NCBI GenBank assembly: GCA_043822665.1
Contig: JBDRBM010000024.1
Location: forward strand, 2,056 to 66,055
DNA: 64,000 bases
DNA from: Candidatus Omnitrophota bacterium
Lineage (GTDB): Bacteria; Omnitrophota; Gorgyraeia; Gorgyraeales; Gorgyraeaceae
Direction of reading: 5' to 3'
The notes below the pieces were generated by a model. It worked only from the letters and a program-made list of their open reading frames with translations. It did no database searches and was not told the DNA's origin. Below, piece by piece: positions 61,553 through 64,000 of this stretch. The position numbers were made by a program, and so were the translations under genes. Every line of letters begins with the position of its first letter. Within the stretch, counting starts at the first letter, position 1.

Positions 61553-62374
61553 ATGAAAGATATTAAAGCAAATATATTATCCAATAAAGAAATTGCCCCG
61601 GGATATTTTAAGATGGCCCTGGACGCGCCCTATATAGCCAAAAACGCAAAGCCCGGGCAGTTTGTCCAGGTGAGATGCAGTGATGGATTTGACCCGCTTT
61701 TAAGGCGGCCGCTTAGTATACATCGGGTATCGGGTATCGGGGATCGGGTATCGGGTATCGATATTCTATACGAGGTGATTGGCAAGGGGACAGAAGTCTT
61801 GTCTAGAAAAAAAGCCGGCGAGACCATAGATATTTTAGGTCCATTAGGCAATGGATTTACTTTATCACCATCCACCATCCACCATCCACCATCCACCATA
61901 ATAATTGCCGGCGGCATTGGAGTCGCGCCGCTAATTTTTCTTGCAGAAAAATTAGCGGAAATCCAAAATCCAAAATCCAAAATCCAAAATATAGTTCTAT
62001 TAGGCGCCAGGACAAAGAGCCTGATTTTATGCGAAAAAGATTTCAAGAAAACAGGAGCCAAAGTTTATATTGCCACTGATGATGGAAGTAAAGGATATAA
62101 GGGCTTAGTAACGAAGTTATTTGAAAAAGTTTTACGATCCACGATCCACGATCCACGATCCACGGTATGCGCATGCGGGCCGCGGCCAATGCTCGAATCT
62201 ATTGCCAGGATGTGCAATGAAAAAGGTGTAGAATGTGAGATTTTGCTCGAAGAAAAAATGGCGTGTGGTGTCGGCGCATGTCTTGGATGCGCTGTAAAGG
62301 TCAGGGATAATGGGTATAAATTAGCCTGTAAAGACGGCCCAGTATTCAAGGCAAACACCATAATATGGCCTTAA
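61553..62374 (+). CDS. pyrK: Dihydroorotate dehydrogenase (class 1B) electron-transfer subunit
   Basis: GQFVQV, RRPLSI (FAD motif), GPLGNGF, AGGIGVAPL, ACGPRPM, C-terminal CGVGACLGCAV [2Fe-2S] motif. I prefer ATG 61553. The track GTG at 61532 lies inside the palindrome. Confidence 0.9.
   Translation: MKDIKANILSNKEIAPGYFKMALDAPYIAKNAKPGQFVQVRCSDGFDPLLRRPLSIHRVSGIGDRVSGIDILYEVIGKGTEVLSRKKAGETIDILGPLGNGFTLSPSTIHHPPSTIIIAGGIGVAPLIFLAEKLAEIQNPKSKIQNIVLLGARTKSLILCEKDFKKTGAKVYIATDDGSKGYKGLVTKLFEKVLRSTIHDPRSTVCACGPRPMLESIARMCNEKGVECEILLEEKMACGVGACLGCAVKVRDNGYKLACKDGPVFKANTIIWP
61722..61760 (+). repeat. Heptanucleotide tandem array ATCGGGT x5.5 inside pyrK
   Basis: atcgggt atcgggt atcgggg atcgggt atcgggt atcg. 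It encodes ...HRVSGIGDRVSGID..., directly after RRPLSI. Confidence 0.95.
61866..61900 (+). repeat. Heptanucleotide tandem array CACCATC x5 inside pyrK
   Basis: caccatc x4 plus caccata. It encodes SPSTIHHPPSTI, between GPLGNGF and AGGIGVAPL. Confidence 0.95.
61959..61990 (+). repeat. Heptanucleotide tandem array AAATCCA x4.5 inside pyrK
   Basis: aaatcca x4 plus aaat. It encodes EIQNPKSKIQNI. Confidence 0.95.
62134..62165 (+). repeat. Heptanucleotide tandem array ACGATCC x4.5 inside pyrK
   Basis: acgatcc x4 plus acgg. It encodes LRSTIHDPRSTV, directly before CACGPRPM. Confidence 0.95.
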
Positions 62375-62412
62375 CTTGACAATTCTTACATGCCACATTT
62401 AGTCAAGTTAAG
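62370..62412. repeat. Family-A 43-nt palindromic repeat, copy 4
   Basis: CTTAACTTGACAATTCTTACATGCCACATTTAGTCAAGTTAAG. The pyrK stop TAA (62372-62374) lies in its left TTAA. Confidence 0.9.
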
Positions 62413-62432
62413 GTGAAAGGAGCGCGAACAGA

Positions 62433-63314
62433 TTGGCAGTTCTTATAGGTAAGATTAAATTAAAAAACCCAGTGATGGTTGCTTCAGGTACCTTTGGATA
62501 CGCAAAAGAATTTGAAGGCCTGGTTGACCTGAAGAAACTCGGGGCGATTATTACAAAGACCATTACTTTAAACCCAAGAGAAGGCAATCCAATGCCCAGG
62601 ATATGCGAGACAGCATCCGGTATGCTCAATGCAATAGGCCTGCAAAACGAGGGCATAGATAATTTTATTAAAGAAAAGATGCCCTATCTTTCAAAGATAG
62701 GAGTACCTCTTATAGTAAGTATATCAGGAGATAGTATTAAGGAGTTTTGCGAACTATCAAAACGGCTTGATAAAGAAAAAGATGTGGCAGGGATAGAGCT
62801 GAATATATCGTGCCCTAATATCAGAAGACAGAAGACAGAGGACAGAAGACAGAGGTTGATTTCTCAAGATAAAGATGCAACGTATGAAGTGACAAAGAGT
62901 GTTAGAAAAGCAACGGATAAGATGCTCATTACAAAACTCTCGCCAAATGTAACTGATATTGTGGAGATTGCAAAATCCGCATGCAATGGAGGCGCAGACG
63001 CAGTGAGTTTGGTAAACACCTTTTTGGGTATGGCAATAGATATTGAGACTGGAAGGCCAAAGCTCGGCAATATTACGGGTGGTTTGAGCGGCCCTTGCAT
63101 TAAGCCGATAGCATTGCGCATGGTCTGGGAGGTTGCAAGAAATATTAAAAGGCCTATAATAGGAATAGGCGGTATAATGACAGCAGAAGATGCCATTGAA
63201 TTTTTGCTTGCAGGCGCACAGGCAGTGCAGGTAGGCACAGCGAATTTTATCGAACCCGGAACCTGCGAGAAAATAATAAAAGGGATAGAGCTATGGAAAA
63301 AGAAAAGATCATAG
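62433..63314 (+). CDS. pyrD: Dihydroorotate dehydrogenase (class 1B) catalytic subunit
   Basis: TTG start. NPVMVASGTFG, ITKTIT, NAIGLQN, GIELNISCPN (catalytic Cys), KLSPNVTDI, NTF, GGLSGP, GIGGI. Confidence 0.9.
   Translation: MAVLIGKIKLKNPVMVASGTFGYAKEFEGLVDLKKLGAIITKTITLNPREGNPMPRICETASGMLNAIGLQNEGIDNFIKEKMPYLSKIGVPLIVSISGDSIKEFCELSKRLDKEKDVAGIELNISCPNIRRQKTEDRRQRLISQDKDATYEVTKSVRKATDKMLITKLSPNVTDIVEIAKSACNGGADAVSLVNTFLGMAIDIETGRPKLGNITGGLSGPCIKPIALRMVWEVARNIKRPIIGIGGIMTAEDAIEFLLAGAQAVQVGTANFIEPGTCEKIIKGIELWKKKRS
62822..62856 (+). repeat. Heptanucleotide tandem array CAGAAGA x5 inside pyrD
   Basis: cagaaga cagaaga cagagga cagaaga cagaggt. It encodes RRQKTEDRRQR, immediately after NISCPNI. 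Confidence 0.95.
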
Positions 63315-63988
63315 TAGCCCTGGATGTTCACACTATCAAAGAGGAAGAACGCCTTCTTGATATCTTGAGCCCTCATGTAAGGATTTTTAAGGTCGGGATG
63401 GAACTTTTTTATTCCTGTGGGCCAAAGGCAATAGATATTGTTAAAAAATACGACAGAGAGATCTTTCTTGATCTAAAGTTTCACGATATACCTAATACGG
63501 TTCGCGCATCTGGCAGGATAGCTGCGCGATTAGGCGTCTTGATGTTCAATGTCCATGCATCTGGTGGAAGCGATATGATGCGCTCTGCCCTGGAAGGCGC
63601 GGAAGAAGAAAGCAGGATATTGGGGATAGATAGGCCTAGGATCTTAGGCGTGACAGTGCTTACGAGCATAGATACTGACGGCCTGAAGCAAATCGGAATA
63701 GATAGATCTTCAGAGGCTCAAGTGCTGAACCTGGCTTTACTGGCTAAAAAATCAGGCCTGGATGGTGTTGTGTCCTCTCCGCAGGAAATAGAGATGCTTA
63801 GGAATAAAATGGGCAGGGATTTTTTGATAGTTACGCCAGGCATAAGGCCTGAAGCGGATGACAAAGGAGACCAGAAAAGGATAGCTACTCCAAAACAGGC
63901 TATTGAATCAGGCGCGGATTATATTGTGATAGGCCGGCCAATTATAAAGGCAAAGGATCCGGTCAAGGCTATAAAGAGTATAATATGA
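63293..63988 (+). CDS. pyrF: Orotidine-5'-phosphate decarboxylase
   Basis: IVALDV, FKVG, FLDLKFHDIPNT, VTVLTS, PGIR, VIGRPI. Confidence 0.95.
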   Translation: MEKEKIIVALDVHTIKEEERLLDILSPHVRIFKVGMELFYSCGPKAIDIVKKYDREIFLDLKFHDIPNTVRASGRIAARLGVLMFNVHASGGSDMMRSALEGAEEESRILGIDRPRILGVTVLTSIDTDGLKQIGIDRSSEAQVLNLALLAKKSGLDGVVSSPQEIEMLRNKMGRDFLIVTPGIRPEADDKGDQKRIATPKQAIESGADYIVIGRPIIKAKDPVKAIKSII

Positions 63989-64000
63989 ATAAAGAAGAGG

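Noticed and set aside
61722-62856. Heptamer arrays as a CRISPR-like or minisatellite locus
   Set aside because: The units are 7 nt with no spacers, the arrays are 32-39 nt long, and they lie in frame within conserved genes. They are simple tandem repeats, not CRISPR.

Overview
This is a 64-kb chromosomal fragment from a moderately AT-rich bacterium. It is probably an uncultivated anaerobe with an outer membrane (porin, Lgt, Tat-type signals, many radical-SAM and Fe-S genes); that taxonomic guess is inference only. I support about 60 protein genes. I found no rRNA, tRNA, CRISPR array, transposase or prophage.

Recognisable blocks, in order:
- A polyamine corner: partial homospermidine synthase, a GCS2-like ligase and a C26 amidohydrolase.
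- cspA with a near-consensus promoter.
- Two aldolases and a frameshifted FNT channel.
- An APC permease fused to an EIIA domain.
- A complete Pho regulon block: phoB, phoR, porin, pstS, pstC, pstA, two pstB copies, phoU, arsC and desulforedoxin, with phased Pho-box-like repeats.
- A minus-strand cluster: NTase, TPM, LemA, B12-rSAM, nitroreductase and a GH94-like phosphorylase.
- An exported DUF362 protein with a NapH-like polyferredoxin.
- A six-gene radical-SAM-rich operon on the minus strand.
- A HAD / DUF523 / NYN / thymidylate-synthase-like operon.
- Lgt, an FMN-binding protein and an AmmeMemoRadiSam system.
- A membrane-fused spermidine-synthase-like protein.
- glmS, rsmI, and an osmotic block: MscS, YggT, otsA, otsB, a duplicated-domain protein and a TreT-like enzyme.
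- A pyrimidine operon (pyrR, pyrB, pyrC, EndoQ-like, pyrK, pyrD, pyrF) with a PyrR attenuator.

Signals that ordinary gene calls do not explain:
1. A modular family of TTAA-ended and CTTAAG-centred palindromic repeats at 9 intergenic loci. Several of them supply the stop codon of the neighbouring gene.
2. Five heptanucleotide tandem arrays sitting in frame inside pyrK and pyrD, next to catalytic or cofactor motifs.
3. Two tandem PstB ATPases whose motif losses are complementary, predicting one dead and one live ATP site.
4. A roughly 680-bp ORF-free, hairpin-rich region that I could not classify.

All functional calls come from motif recognition by eye and from memory. No database search was run.
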